Shown: one piece after another, positions 24,179 through 36,930 of the stretch | Numbering within the stretch: the first letter of the stretch is position 1 | Layout: each line of letters begins with the position of its first letter | NCBI RefSeq assembly: GCF_964194155.1 | Contig: NC_135883.1 | Span: forward strand, 52,328,001-52,392,000 | Direction of reading: 5' to 3' | Source: Cetorhinus maximus | Lineage: Eukaryota | DNA length: 64,000 bases | Position numbers and translations under genes: made by a program | The notes under the pieces: model-generated | Told to the model about the DNA's origin: nothing | Database searches by the model: none | What the model saw: only the letters and a program-made list of their open reading frames with translations

Positions 24179-27100
24179 ATTTTATGTTTTATCTGAAAAG
24201 TATCTGTGGTCTAATTTATCTCTCTTATTCCTGCCAAAGGTTAGTTGCTCATTTCTTATTGCCTATTCTTCATCCAACCAGTAACTCTACGTGATAGAAA
24301 TAAGCTGGTTGGCCAACATCTAAAGTGGAAGCACAGGTCAACATTTCAGAACTTCCCTTTCTGAAGCGTTCTGAATTTCTGGCTTTTATTACATAAAACA
24401 TTCTATTTCCCAGGATTCGCCTCTTGTTTTTGCTTCCGTAACACACTGCAAGTACTGTTTCTAAAGCGTTTCTGGTACAGGCAATGAACCCAGATCTACT
24501 GACCACAAATACTTCCCATGACTAACATTCCATTTTAATGTTCTGCCAAAGGCTGACCAAGTTTCTTTCTTTCCCACACCTCAACCTGAATAATGATCAT
24601 TTCAAGGTCACAACTAAGAATTCATGCCATTTGCCATAGTCATTGTCTGGTGGTGTTGTCTCAAGTAACAATGTCCTATGAATTTGGACATTTGTGAATG
24701 CAGGACTTGCTTTGTTGTAAAGAAAAAAGTGACATTGAACTAACCCACTCTCTAGTAAAGTTTAATTTTACTTCCAACCTTGTATAACATTAATGAGATC
24801 TGGAAATGCACGGGATTTGAAAGCCAGATGCACTTTCAAGCACTTTAATTTGTCAAAAGAGAAGCCAACTCTCAAAGAACCATTGTGTTAAGTATGCCAG
24901 GCATTTAGTTTGTTTCTAAATCTGTTTAAAAATCATATTTTATCACTTCCTATCATGAGCCTCTACAGAGTCCATTGGATGTATGAAACGTTAGCATTCC
25001 CAATTCATATATAGTCACATTGTCTATTCTCTCCCCACTTGTCCTTCCTCATTCTAGACTTGATGCTTCACAGTACTTCTCTTTAAGCCTCTCCCAGTTT
25101 TCCTTTTCCAGAAGGCACAAACTTATGCTGGGGTAAGATTCCAAAATAACCAGATCTCCTCTTGATAACTTGTCTTGGTGACCTCCTTGTATGTGTGACC
25201 CTGGACAGTGGGCGTTCACAGGCTATTCAAGCAGGATGGTAGGGAAGGAAGACACCCACAGTTAAATGCATTCAAATACTCAACTGACATCCACACGTGG
25301 TGTTTTAGCAAAGGTCTATCATAGTGATTAGGAGTGGGAAACTTAGCAAATATCCAGGAGACCGTTATTAATTCTAGAAATCCAGCACTGCCTTGGCCGA
25401 GATGAGTAACATAGCACAGTTCAAGAAATGAATCTGCAACTTTTCCCACCTGTTTGCCTTTCTGTGCATTCCAGTTACCAATTAAGTTACCAAGCTTCAA
25501 GGATGCCAGGTGTATGAAATGCTGGCACAGCAGGAGGGTTGAACTCAATCCTGGGGTTGGGTAGAGGATGTTATACTTTTCAAAAACCCATCCTATGACA
25601 AACACCAGGAGCAAAAGATGGAATAACATTCACACTACTGTTTCATGAGAATAACTCCCAACATTTTTCTATTTGTGTTAATTGCTCAGTTGCTAACAAT
25701 TTTAAAAATGCTTTAGAAAGCTCCATTATTTTCCTTTTGCCGCCGAGAAAGTTGCTTATACCAGAAAATGTTGGCCACCATTTTTTTAATGCCCCCACTG
25801 TGTAAAAATTATGCATTTCTAAAAACCATTTTTACCACACGAACGTGTTCAAACTTGTGTGCTCCCTGGTGCCCTATTTTAAAACCATTTGGCAGCTAGG
25901 CCAGCCCCACTTCTGGCTGAGTCCAGTTTTGCAGTTGACGGCACAAATACCCCATACTTCTCATAAAGGAGATTCCAGCAGACCCCTGATCTTTTATTCG
26001 CTTCAAAATCTGACTCAGATTTAACTGGGATCTAACTAAAATCACCTTGCATTCAGCTGCAAGAGATGTTGTGCAAGAAGGACATTCATTATTGAACTAC
26101 AGGAAGGTTTTGATGCCAAAGTTAAAAAAGCAATCATTAACATTTGAGATGTTAGGCCAAGTGAATAAATAACTTATGGGAAAACCATTCATGTTAAAAG
26201 GACAGGATAAAATAACTAAAAGTAAAGGAGTCATTTTCAAGTGAAGATATAGAACAGTGAGTAACTTCAATAATCCTGTGCTGATGTATTTTATACACCA
26301 TGAACAAAACACTTTATGGTTGTGTTTCAAAAAGGTACTTAACATACCTTAGACTCCTTTTAAACCAGAAGTATTCAAGCTAACTTTCAAGCTAACTATT
26401 CAGTCTCACTTTGAAAGTGAAAGTGACTGGTAAATTAAGGAAAATGTCTAAATTTCCTGGTCTGATTACGTTTTTGATTTACCAGAAATCATATTAATGT
26501 TATTAATACAATTAATTTATTCACAAGAAGTTACTTAACACCCTTTTGAAAGGCTCTAATCATACATTAATTATTGAACTTATCTTAAATTATTGCATCT
26601 TGGCCAAAGCGCATTTAAATTAGTGCATTTCAGTGCAAGCAAACTTATTTTGTCTAAATGATTAGTCTTCGGCTATTGTATTGATTTAACATACAGGAAG
26701 ATTTGAACTGGAAAGATATAAAAGTCATGATTGTATGGTAAAGAGAGACTTCAAATGTTGCTTTCTAGTTTGTCAAAGGCAAATGATAAATGAGCTATTA
26801 TGAAGTAATTCCATCAAACTATGACCATATTGTTACTTTTGAGGCCAAACTGCATGTTTGTTTGCATGTTTTATGACTTAAAGGACTGACAATTCAAGAT
26901 TGAGAGAGCCAAAACAGCAGGCAACAGTATTTTGTTTTATAAAAGCTGGCTGACGTGAAAGGAGAGGTAAACACTTAAAATTAAGATTTCTTTAAAGTAA
27001 GCTATAATCTTTTTTCAGAATGGCTATTTAGCCCTTAACACGTAGCCTAGAATTAGAAATTTTAACAACCCCAGTTGTAATTCAGGAGATTAATAAAGGA

Positions 27101-27202
27101 TTATTATTTCTGAATCTGGCACAATATTAAATGACTATTATTACAAGCGCATCTTTTTTATTAACCCAGTATTTTAACAGAATATTTTACTTTATTCTCC
27201 AG

Positions 27203-27323
27203 ACTGCAGGACCAGAGGGCAATTCAATGCACTGTCACACCATTTCCGTGGCAGACGTTCACCTGAATACAGCTTCCGGGATGAGCCACCTTTAAGAAAA
27301 TTGAAAAGCCTGACACGTTCCAG
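27203..27323 (+). CDS. PXDN: Peroxidasin (PXDN/PXDNL) coding exon with proprotein-convertase site
   Basis: Acceptor TTTATTCTCCAG; 121 nt, phase 1/2; (D)[39 protein letters not shown] matches human [24 protein letters not shown] as I recall it; donor AG|GTTCAT. Paralog identity is not resolved. Confidence 0.93.
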
Positions 27324-27560
27324 GTTCATTTCAGTTGACAACTGGGTTCTGTTGCATAATCTGTTCATTTTCATATGGGGAGGTTGTCAGAAATTGAGAA
27401 TCAATTGTAAAACATTTCAAATATCTTAACAAAGGCTGGAGGTTAATAAAGTAACAGCAGTGGACTTTGAAGAGCCTCAAATTAACAATGTTTGGTTTAT
27501 AATCCTAAAATAGTCTTGAGTTTAACTTTACAGATAATCTATTTTTTTAGATCACTGTTA

Positions 27561-28543
27561 GGTTATGATATGGCAGGTGGTATTTGTCAGGCTGACCAAA
27601 TCCCAAAGGGAAACTTGACTATGTTATCACTAAGATTTTGCAATTTGTATTTATTACAAGAAGGTTTGTGCACTGAAGTCAGAAGGAAGGAAGGAGAGAT
27701 TTTAAAGATTCAATTAAAATATCTGTTAACAAAAGAAAAGAAAACTTAAACACACAAGACAACAGTTACACAGTTACATTTAGTTTTATAACAATGTTCT
27801 CAAGATTTCTACTTAACTAAACTCCCAGCTATACTCTCCTTCCAGGCAACACTCCAAATAGATTCTTAATCTATAAAACATCCAGCAATATTACCACAAG
27901 CACGCACTGTTGCTATAAGGGAGGTATTTCACAGTTTTTTTTCCCCTCTCAGTCGACAATGGAACTCCAAAGGCTTTTAACAAAACCTTAGTTACTGGAT
28001 CAGCAAACTTCTCCAGTGTGGCTAGAAGCTTTTCACAGGTCTGTTTCACACAGTGCACCTTCCAAGATCTCACATGGCCACATGCCACACAGCTTTATAT
28101 CTTTCTTTAAAATATTTCTCTCTTTTGATCTGTAAATCCCATTGTTTCAGCCTGTCTTTGAAGTTACTTTTACTAGAATATAAAAATCTTTCATGTTGCC
28201 ATTATGGCCAACACTTTTGGGAAAAATAAACTTAATAACTTTGCCTTATTTATCTGGCCAGTTGTAAGCATCTTATCATGTCCCTTTGAAAATCAAACTA
28301 CCTCTCAACTTATCTTAAAATGCAAATTCCATTCACATTGTATCTGCTGAAACTTCATCCTAGCTTACCCATCTCCATTTCAAATGCCTGTTTTACACCT
28401 AAACCCTTTTGATGATTCAAACCTTGCAGTCTGACTGTCTGCAGTTTAAATGAACTAGACACAGACACAAACATACACGCAACACAAGTCTGCTTTAAAG
28501 TATCCCACAGTAATATTAGGGGAAAAATGATCTTTCCTTTACA
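27561..28543 (-). mobile_element. Solo LTR, older copy of the 9907-10820 family, intronic
   Basis: GGTTATGATATGGCAGGTGG..AAATCCCAAAGGGAAACTTG start and colinear body; TSD is degenerate. Confidence 0.75.
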
Positions 28544-29169
28544 AATAACTTTTTAATATTTTTATGGGGATGTTCACTGTGCAAAGGTGGTGGACCTTCC
28601 TCCTTGAGCTGGTGATCTGTTTTCTTTGATCTGTAATTTTTGAAAATTATAAGACTCCTGAAAGTGTATCAGTTTAGATTATCCCTGGTGCTATGCCATT
28701 GGGTGTAGCCATGAAGGGAGTTGGGGAATGGTGTGCTTGTAGGGCTTAAAGGTATTAGTTGCCTTTAAAGGGAAATTATTATTTTGGTTAGCCCATTTTA
28801 AAACAGCAGCTGATAAGTATTAGAGAGTCGTGAAATCCATTTTCGTTCATTAGAGCCGCAAATTGCATTTATTTCTTAGTACCTGTGTCATCCCCGTGAG
28901 TGAGTGCAAACTGCTCTGATATTGCTAGGATGGCTCCACTACCCCATGCAGGAGTCTGGATGCTGTTATAATTTGCTACGGAGGGAATTCATAAAAGGGT
29001 AGCACCATAGTTATCAGCAGTAGGTAAAGGTACAAGATGAGAAAGCAAATGTGAAGAATGTTGCAAGAGGAGCATGCTGGTTTAACAACTGTAATACTTA
29101 CCTCTTAATTCAAGATAGCATGGAGAAGGATGCATGGTTAGTGGAGAAACTGATTTTAGAAATCAGTAA

Positions 29170-30810
29170 AGAATGACTAAAAAAACAAAATGACGGAGAA
29201 ATTAAACTATGAGAGAAAGTTAGCTAGAAATTAAAACAGATAGTAACAGTTTCTGCAAGTATTTAAAAAGGAAAAGAGTAACTAGAGTGAGCGTTGGTCC
29301 CTTAAAGGGTGAGGCTGCAGAACTAATAATGGGAATTAAGGAAATAGCAGAAGCGTTGAACAGATATTTTGCAACTGTCTTCATTGTAGAAGACAAAAAC
29401 ATCCCAAGAGTACTTGACAATCGAGAGTTAAAACGGAGGGAGGAACTTGAAACAATCACAATCACGTTGGAAAAGGTTTGGGAAAATTATTGGAAGTAAA
29501 GGTTGACAAGTCCCGTGGACCTGATGGCTATCATCCTAGAGTCTTAAAAGAAGTGGCTGCAGAAATAGTAGATGCATTCATGTGATCTTCCAAAATTCCC
29601 TAGATGCTGGAAAAGTCCCAGCAGATTGGAAAATCACTAATGTAACACTTCTATTCAAGAAAGACGGGCGATAGAAAGGAGGCCAGTTAATCCAAATCTG
29701 TCATAGGGAAAATACTAAAATCCATTATTAAGGAAGTAATAGTAGGGCATTTAGAAAATCATAATATAACCATGCAAAGCCAACATGGTTTTGTGAGAGG
29801 GAAATCATGTTTGACAAATTTATTAAAATTCTTTGAGGAAGTAACAAGCAACGTGAATAAAGGTCAATCTGTAGATGTGGTATACTTGGGATTTACAAAA
29901 GGCATTTGATAAACTGCCGCATCAAAAGTTACTTCGCAAAATAAGAGCCCGTGGTGTCAGGGTAATATATTATCATGGATTGAGGATTGGTTAGCTAACA
30001 GGAAACAGTAGGGATAAATCAGTATTTTTCGGGTAGGTAAGCTTTAGTACTGAGGTGCCATAGGAATCAGTACTGGGCTCTCAACTATTTACAATCTACA
30101 GTCATCCAATGACTTGGATGAAAAAGAATTATACCAATTTGCTGATGCAGCAAGTGATTAGGAAGGCAAATGGAATTTTGTCATTTATTGCAAGGGGAAT
30201 TAAATATAAAAGTATGCAAATTATGCTACTGTTGTACAGGGTGTTGGTGAGACCACATCTAGAGTATTGTGTACAGTTTTGGTCTCCTTACTTAAGAGAG
30301 GATATAATTGCATTAGCAGCAATTCAACGAAAGTTCACTCAACTAATTCCTGGGATGAAAGGGTTACCTTATGAGGAAATGTTGAATAGGTTGGGTCAAT
30401 ACCCATTGAAGTTTAGAAGCATGGGAGGTGATCTGATTGAAACATATAAGATCCTGAGAGAACTTGACAGGATGGATGTTAAGAGGATGTTTCCCCTTGT
30501 GGGCGGAGTCTCGAACCAGGGGTCACAGTTTAAAAATTAGGGGTCTTGCATTAAAGGAGGAGATAAGGAGATTTTTTTTTCTCTGAGGGTCATTTGCCTG
30601 TGGAATTTTCTTCCCCAGAGGGCAATGGAGACTGGGCCATTGAACGTTTTCAAGGCCAAATTCGATTTTTGATCAGCAAGGGAATCAACAGTTATGGCCG
30701 ACACAGGAAAGTGGAGTTGAGGCCACAACCTGGTCAACCATGATCTTACCAAACTGCAAAGTAGGCCTGAGGGGCTGAATGGCCTACTCCTCCTAATTCT
30801 TTTGTTAAAT
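29170..30810 (+). mobile_element. CR1 ORF2/3' fragment, intronic
   Basis: VRPHLEYCVQFWSPYL..GDLIETYKIL; CR1 tail GGGGCTGAATGGCCTACTCCT. Confidence 0.9.
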
Positions 30811-31443
30811 TCAGGCAACCTTTGTTAATGGCCCAGAAGAGAGCCATACAAATGTCTTTAGAAATTGTCGAGGGGATTGATGTTGTTCCCTCTCATCTGC
30901 CTCTAATGAAGCCATGTTGCAAAGGAAATCTTCCACAGAAGGTTCCAATCTAGTATTCCTGACATGAATTTAAATATTTTGATGCTGTCGGCAAGTGTCC
31001 TTTTGTTTAGTTTCTTTCACCGGGTCATCATTGTCGATCAATGGGTTCCTCATGCTTTGTGACCACAATTTTGAATGAATTTATTGATTCTTTCCTTGAT
31101 TTGATTGCAGCAATAACTTGCATCATCCACAATGGCGCACACAATGGAATTTCAATTATGGACAAGATTAGCCCTGTGCAAGGATGAAATGCAGATGTAT
31201 GATAGCATTTGGTTATTTTCCAATAGATGCAGCAGTGTGGGGAACCTTAAGGTTTTTCTGGTTGAACAAACTAATATGGATGAAATGACCTTCATCATCT
31301 CGAATTATCCTACTCTATGAAATTGATCAGTACAGTTGTGAATATATTTTAAGTAGCTGCAAATAGCAAAATTAGTGATGCACAATATGCTTTGTTTACA
31401 TATGATTGATACTAATATAATTTATTTTAAAATGTCCTTGCAG

Positions 31444-31582
31444 TTCTCTGGTGAATGCATTTCGCAATGAAAATGTAACCATGTCATTAAAATCTGCCTC
31501 TGAAAAAGATGATGCTGTCATAAATGATTTCCAGGAATTTATGACTGAAATACAGAAAACCATTGCTGGTCTTCAAAATCAG
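31444..31582 (+). CDS. PXDN: Peroxidasin coding exon (linker/coiled segment)
   Basis: Acceptor TCCTTGCAG, donor CAG|GTGGGA; 139 nt, phase 2/0, in frame with the previous exon; NDFQEFMTEIQKTIAGLQNQ resembles PXDN [20 protein letters not shown]. Confidence 0.92.
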
Positions 31583-32964
31583 GTGGGAATACATTTAGAG
31601 ATAAAAGGGTTTTCATTTTCCTTAGCCTTCATTTTAATAACCGGTTTGGAGATGCGCACAATAGGAAACATAATTAGGTTTGTTGAAACCAAATTGGAGG
31701 ACATAATAAATTGTGAGGAAGATGCAGGAGGTGATAAAAGGTTAATAGGGTGAGAAGCTAGTACAAACAACTCTGTGCAGATAAATGTGTAACAGTATAT
31801 TTGGGGAGAAAAGAAACCATGAAAGAAAGTATATATTGAATGTTTACGATTTTTAAAAGTGAAGGAACAGAGATCTAGGAGAGCAGATAAATGAAGGGGA
31901 GAAGTTGGTTCACATCACACACGCTTTTTTGGTACGAAAATAATATTGGGACACCAATTTCCAAATTGGCAACAGCAACTTCCACGTACTCAGGTTGACT
32001 GCCCAGTACTGGCTTTGGGCTCCTTAAATATGCTAATCAAATGACCAATGCGCAGGTAATAACCCCAGTGCCAAATGTGGCTAAATAATTAGGAGCAGAA
32101 AGGTGAAGAAACATTCTCCCTATCCCTGCCCTGCCCCCTTCACCACCTTCTTAAAGGGCCCCCTTCCGAAGTTGGTGCTTGTGCCCATAGATTTCTGGAG
32201 GCCATCTCAATATTCCTCAACTGTCGTATAATCAGTACAGTTAAACTAAAGGAATGAACTGTATTCTTTAATAGCCCGACAATAAGGATGACATTGGCAA
32301 TGGTCTTCCCTCGCTGAGCATTGTGACACTATGCAGCAATTGCTTGCAATGCAAGCGTGTCAAAAGCAGGCTTTGATACTTAGATCTAGATGTTGCAGCA
32401 GGCAATATCAGCAGCCAGATGTTTACTGATTCCATATAAGATTCCCTCTCATCTGCTACTTTAAAAGATGTTAACACATTTTACAAGAAGTGTATTAAGC
32501 ATATGTCCACTAAGATGGCCAGCAGTGATATTTGGGTCTAACACATTGACATTGTTTTCAGTTAACCCCTGTGCATGTCTTTATTTTCAAATACTGTCTT
32601 TTTTTCTAATAACCAAACCTTGACTGGCAAAACATTACAGATATTGAAAAATGAGTTTAGCAACAAAACTGTCAAGTAAAATAATGATTTTGATGTCTAG
32701 TTTTGTGAGTATGGGGAAATAGATGTTCATCCAAGCATGGATGATTGCAAAGGGAAATAAATAATTTTCTTTGTTGGACCCATAATGCTGTATGACACTT
32801 CTAACATGCATGATGTGCCACAATAGTGTTCCTTTGCTACACAAGCAAGACATTGTATTGTCCCAATTTTCTGGTCTCTTGGGTTATGGCTGATTAGTGG
32901 CAGATAGTGATCATTGTACTTTTAATCATGACCTTTATTGCCTATTTCGTATTTTTCCCCACAG

Positions 32965-33078
32965 ATTAAAAAACTTGAAGGGCAACTCAGTAAATCTGGA
33001 TGCACTGATGGAAAGGCACGAGAACGCTCCAACAAAGAGGAGTGGAAGGAGGACTCCTGCACCACCTGTAAATGCAAG
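32965..33078 (+). CDS. PXDN: Peroxidasin coding exon (start of VWC domain)
   Basis: Acceptor TTTTTCCCCACAG, donor AAG|GTATGA; 114 nt; IKKLEGQLSKSGCTDGKARERSNKEEWKEDSCTTCKCK has the VWC W-x2-D-x-C-x2-C-x-C pattern. Confidence 0.94.
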
Positions 33079-33580
33079 GTATGACTGCAGATGTGTGATG
33101 GCAGCAATAATACCATTTAAATCAATGAAACTTGAGGTAGTGAACAATATATTCCAACACATAGCCCTCAAATTGCATTCAGTTCTTCAGAAAGAGACTT
33201 GTACAAAATAATCTGGATTTATTATGATGTTTTGCTTGATTTGTGCATTTTTCATTTGACTGTATTGGTCTGTTTATTTTTGTTTTAAAAGCCGAACAAC
33301 ATGTCTTTTCACTTATTTTCCAGCCTTTTTAGTAAAGCCTGCAGTGCATTCGTACATTGGCATGATAAAGAAGTGAAAATTTGTTCAAAAAAGCCTTAAT
33401 TGATGTTAGCCGGAGGTTATGGCCTGATTGATATTAAATTCCTGTGAGAAAGCAGATAATTGAAAACAGTAAGAGACTAGTTGCACTTCAGGGGGTCCTC
33501 ACTGTACAGCTGGGATGCAGCGCTTGATTTACTTTCAGTCGTACTTGAAACAAAATCTTTTTTTCTGTCTTGTATTTCAG

Positions 33581-33706
33581 GCAGGACAGCTTACCTGCTT
33601 CGTTGAAACATGTCCACCAACCAGTTGTGCTAATCCTGTGAAGATGGAGGGAGCTTGCTGTCCAGTCTGTGCAGAACAAACCTTGAAACAAGATGAGAGG
33701 TCCTAA
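33581..33706 (+). CDS. PXDN: Peroxidasin last coding exon (VWC C-terminus, stop)
   Basis: Acceptor TGTATTTCAG; AGQLTCFVETCPPTSCANPVKMEGACCPVCAEQTLKQDERS*, with the VWC CCPxC motif. Confidence 0.95.
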   Translation, partial: AGQLTCFVETCPPTSCANPVKMEGACCPVCAEQTLKQDERS

Positions 33707-35750
33707 ACCTTCATTGCAAGACTGGAGGGGATGTGCTGTCCTTTTATTTGTACAGTGAATTATGATGTCTGGATGTCAGTGTGCTTTCAAAACTACCCAT
33801 GAGTATTCAGTCAGAATTGCAAAGAAAACGTCAATTTGAAAAAATCCCACGAAATAGTAAAAGAAAATGCTCAAATGCATGCTTCACATTAACTGATTTT
33901 TAAATCAGCAACCCAGTTAAAATATTTTATGTGCATGTACCATGAGTGTACTGTCAAAGAAAACCACAATGCAAAAGTGTTGAAAGGGAAGAAATGTGTT
34001 TTATGACAGGGTGATTTCAATTTGTCTGTCAATGTTTTCCTGGTAAGAAGCTTCTCAGGTTAGAAATGCCAAAATGAAAATTGGTGCTACATGTAATTTC
34101 TTTTATATGACACTATAGTGAATAACAGGAGGTAACATACCTTAATATTTCCAAACGACTTTATTTGTTTTAAGGCAAAAACTATCTCAAGAACTCCTCT
34201 AGCTCAACATATATATTTTTATGTGCTGGTTTTTCTTTTGAATGACTGAGGGAAAATGTTTCGGAGGAGGAAGAAAACCCATCAAAACAGTGGTTTTATA
34301 TATTTCACTCCTTCTAGAACCCCAGGTATTTTGTGTTTTAAAAACCTAAAGGCTTTCACTCTCCCAAGGTGTTGAGACTTGTATGCAGGCTGTTCTTGTA
34401 GTTACTAATGTGAAGATGTTATTCATACCTGTTTGGACGTTTGATACATAGATGCCTACTAATTTGCAGACTGGTGTACATACTACATTGAAAAAGTGCC
34501 CGTGCTGTTTCACGAATTGGCACAATATGTCAGCGTTCTCACACAATGAGTAAGATTGACAATTATTTGTCAATCTAGATCAGAGCATTCAAAAAGAAAT
34601 CTGTTATTTTGTTTTGTCTTTGTGGCCTGGCTACTGAATTTACAGCTCTAACCATTACACCTTATTGGATTTATGGCATTTTGCACTTCTTAATTTTTTG
34701 ATTACTGTTTTTATGTACTAGTAGTTTTTTACATTGTAGTAATTTGTTACTGTATACAGACATAAGAAATGGTGGGGGTGGGGAGGGAGGTCCATGAAAG
34801 GGGTTTCTTGCTCCCTGATTATCCATTGAAAAGCTATGCTAACCAGTGAAACAGTATTAAATGCCATTTAACATTTCTAACCATTGTTTCTTTATTGTTG
34901 GGAAGATTTTTTTATTTATTTACTCAGTCAGATGTTAATTGGTCACTTTTAACCATCAATGAAGGACATCTAATAACTTTTTTTTAAAAAATCATCATAC
35001 CTCAACCTTTCATTTATGGTGCTATTTGATTTTAAGGCAACATTCTCATGTTACTTTAAAAAAAGTAACCATATTTTTTATGTGCCAACCTCTTAAATCT
35101 AAGTTTTTTCTTTAACATTCACAAAAGATTTGGGGTAGAGAAAGATCAGTGCATCACAGCAGCAATAAAACCTCACGTGATTTAAGATTTATTTTTAAGT
35201 ATGTCTTGGCAAAAATGATGAGATGCCAACTATTTACAAGAGAAGTTGAATTTCATGGCATTCAACATAAAGTTACTGACCATTTTTTTCAGGGGCTCTA
35301 GGATATAAAGGAGCAATGTAGTATTTTGAAAAATATTTAAGTATTGCTCTGCTTTTTAAAAAGAAAAGTCACCTAGATTTCATTTTTGTTTGCATGTCTG
35401 TTTTATTTTTCTTGCAAGCAGGCAAAGGTGCACATTGGACCAAATGGCCTCATTCTGTGCCGTATGATTCTATACAGACCCTGACACTGATAAATGGATT
35501 GTTCTGCCAGAACAGCATAAGGCTATTCTACTGCTTTGTTTCGCAATTTTTTTCTCTCATAACAGCAGTGCTGATTTAGTTTTTATACTGACTATTGTCG
35601 TCTTTGTATTTGTACACATTTGTGCTGAGACTGAGTGTCTTGATAGCCATATTGCTTTAATGAGACAGAACAGGAACATAGCATAAAACAATAAATTCAC
35701 CAAAGAGATGTTTGCACTGTGTATTTGTATGAACCAAATTAAACTGACCA
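33707..35750 (+). other. Probable peroxidasin 3' UTR with candidate polyA signals
   Basis: AT-rich, nearly repeat-free sequence after the stop; AATAAA at 35164-35169 and 35690-35695. The true end is unknown. Confidence 0.55.
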
Positions 35751-36379
35751 CATTATCTGACATATGCAGTGTCGTTTTCCTAGTGTCACTCAGTTACACT
35801 TAGCACATAAGCAGTTCATTTACAGGTACCAGTGGAATAACCAATCTGCTTTATTTTCAGATGGTGTTTGTTGGCAATCTGTTTCATTCAACATCATTCA
35901 CGATATTATTTACACAGCACTTGTGGAGTAACCAGTGTGGGGTGTGGGATATCTCAGTATATCAAGGAGATCGGAAAGGTTTTACACACCAGAAGAGCAA
36001 ATTGTGGATTTCCTTTGTCACGTTAAATATATTCTGCTGCTTGCAACTGAGTATTTCTTTTGATTTGAGTCACCAAGGTGAGTAGATAAAATCCCAGAGA
36101 GCATCATCAAAGTAAGGCGATGAGGTGAATCAGGTAATAATAATTGAGTGATACGAAACCTGGGTTAAAAACCTGAATAATGTCAGAAAAGAATAAGAAA
36201 TTCAATATTTTTAAGGCCCTGGGAAAGATTGGCTGCGATTTTACCTGCAGGGGCAAGCCCCGATGTTGGGATCAAATGTGGCTGCAGCTGGTGGCTTCCT
36301 GATAGGCAGCTGCTCTGCCACCAGCAAAATGCCTGCGGCCTTCTGCCTCCATCAATAAATCTCAATTTTGGCCCCTAAT

Positions 36380-36930
36380 CTACCCCACCCTCTGACAACA
36401 TTTTTACTGTTAATATGCATAAAGAAGACCTTTATGCTGTCTCTTTGCATCTCTTATTTCCTTTTTCACTTCTCACTACTTTCAATATTCAGTCTGATTC
36501 TTCCTTATTATCAAGCTGACATCTGACATATGCCCCCCTTTTCTGCTTCATCCTATTCTCTAACACCTTTGTCACCCAGGGAGCTCTGGCTTTGGTTTCC
36601 CTCAATTGTAGTAAAATAACAACTGGATGCAAACCATCTTTTTAAAGGCTGCCCATTGCTACAATAAAATCCTCCTCCTCCTTATTCTTCCAATTTATCT
36701 GGTTAGATCTCTCTTTAATTTGCTGAAGTTAGCACTCCTGTAGTTAAATATTTCCATTTCGATCGCTCCTTTTCCTTTCTGATAGCTAATCTAAATTTTA
36801 TGGTACTATGGTTACTACAACTGAAATGATCCCACACTGTGGCATTCTCCAGTTGACCCACTTCATTCCCAAGCACTAGATCCAACCATTATTTCTTCCT
36901 ATTTATGCAGGAAGTATACTGGTCAAGATG
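36380..36930 (-). mobile_element. Very decayed CR1 ORF2 fragment
   Basis: Weak colinearity with the CR1 APE/linker region at 8400-8900. Confidence 0.45.

Noticed and set aside
31451-31753. 100-aa ORF suggesting a longer exon
   Set aside because: Similarity to PXDN stops at the CAG|GT donor at 31582; the remainder is intron read-through.
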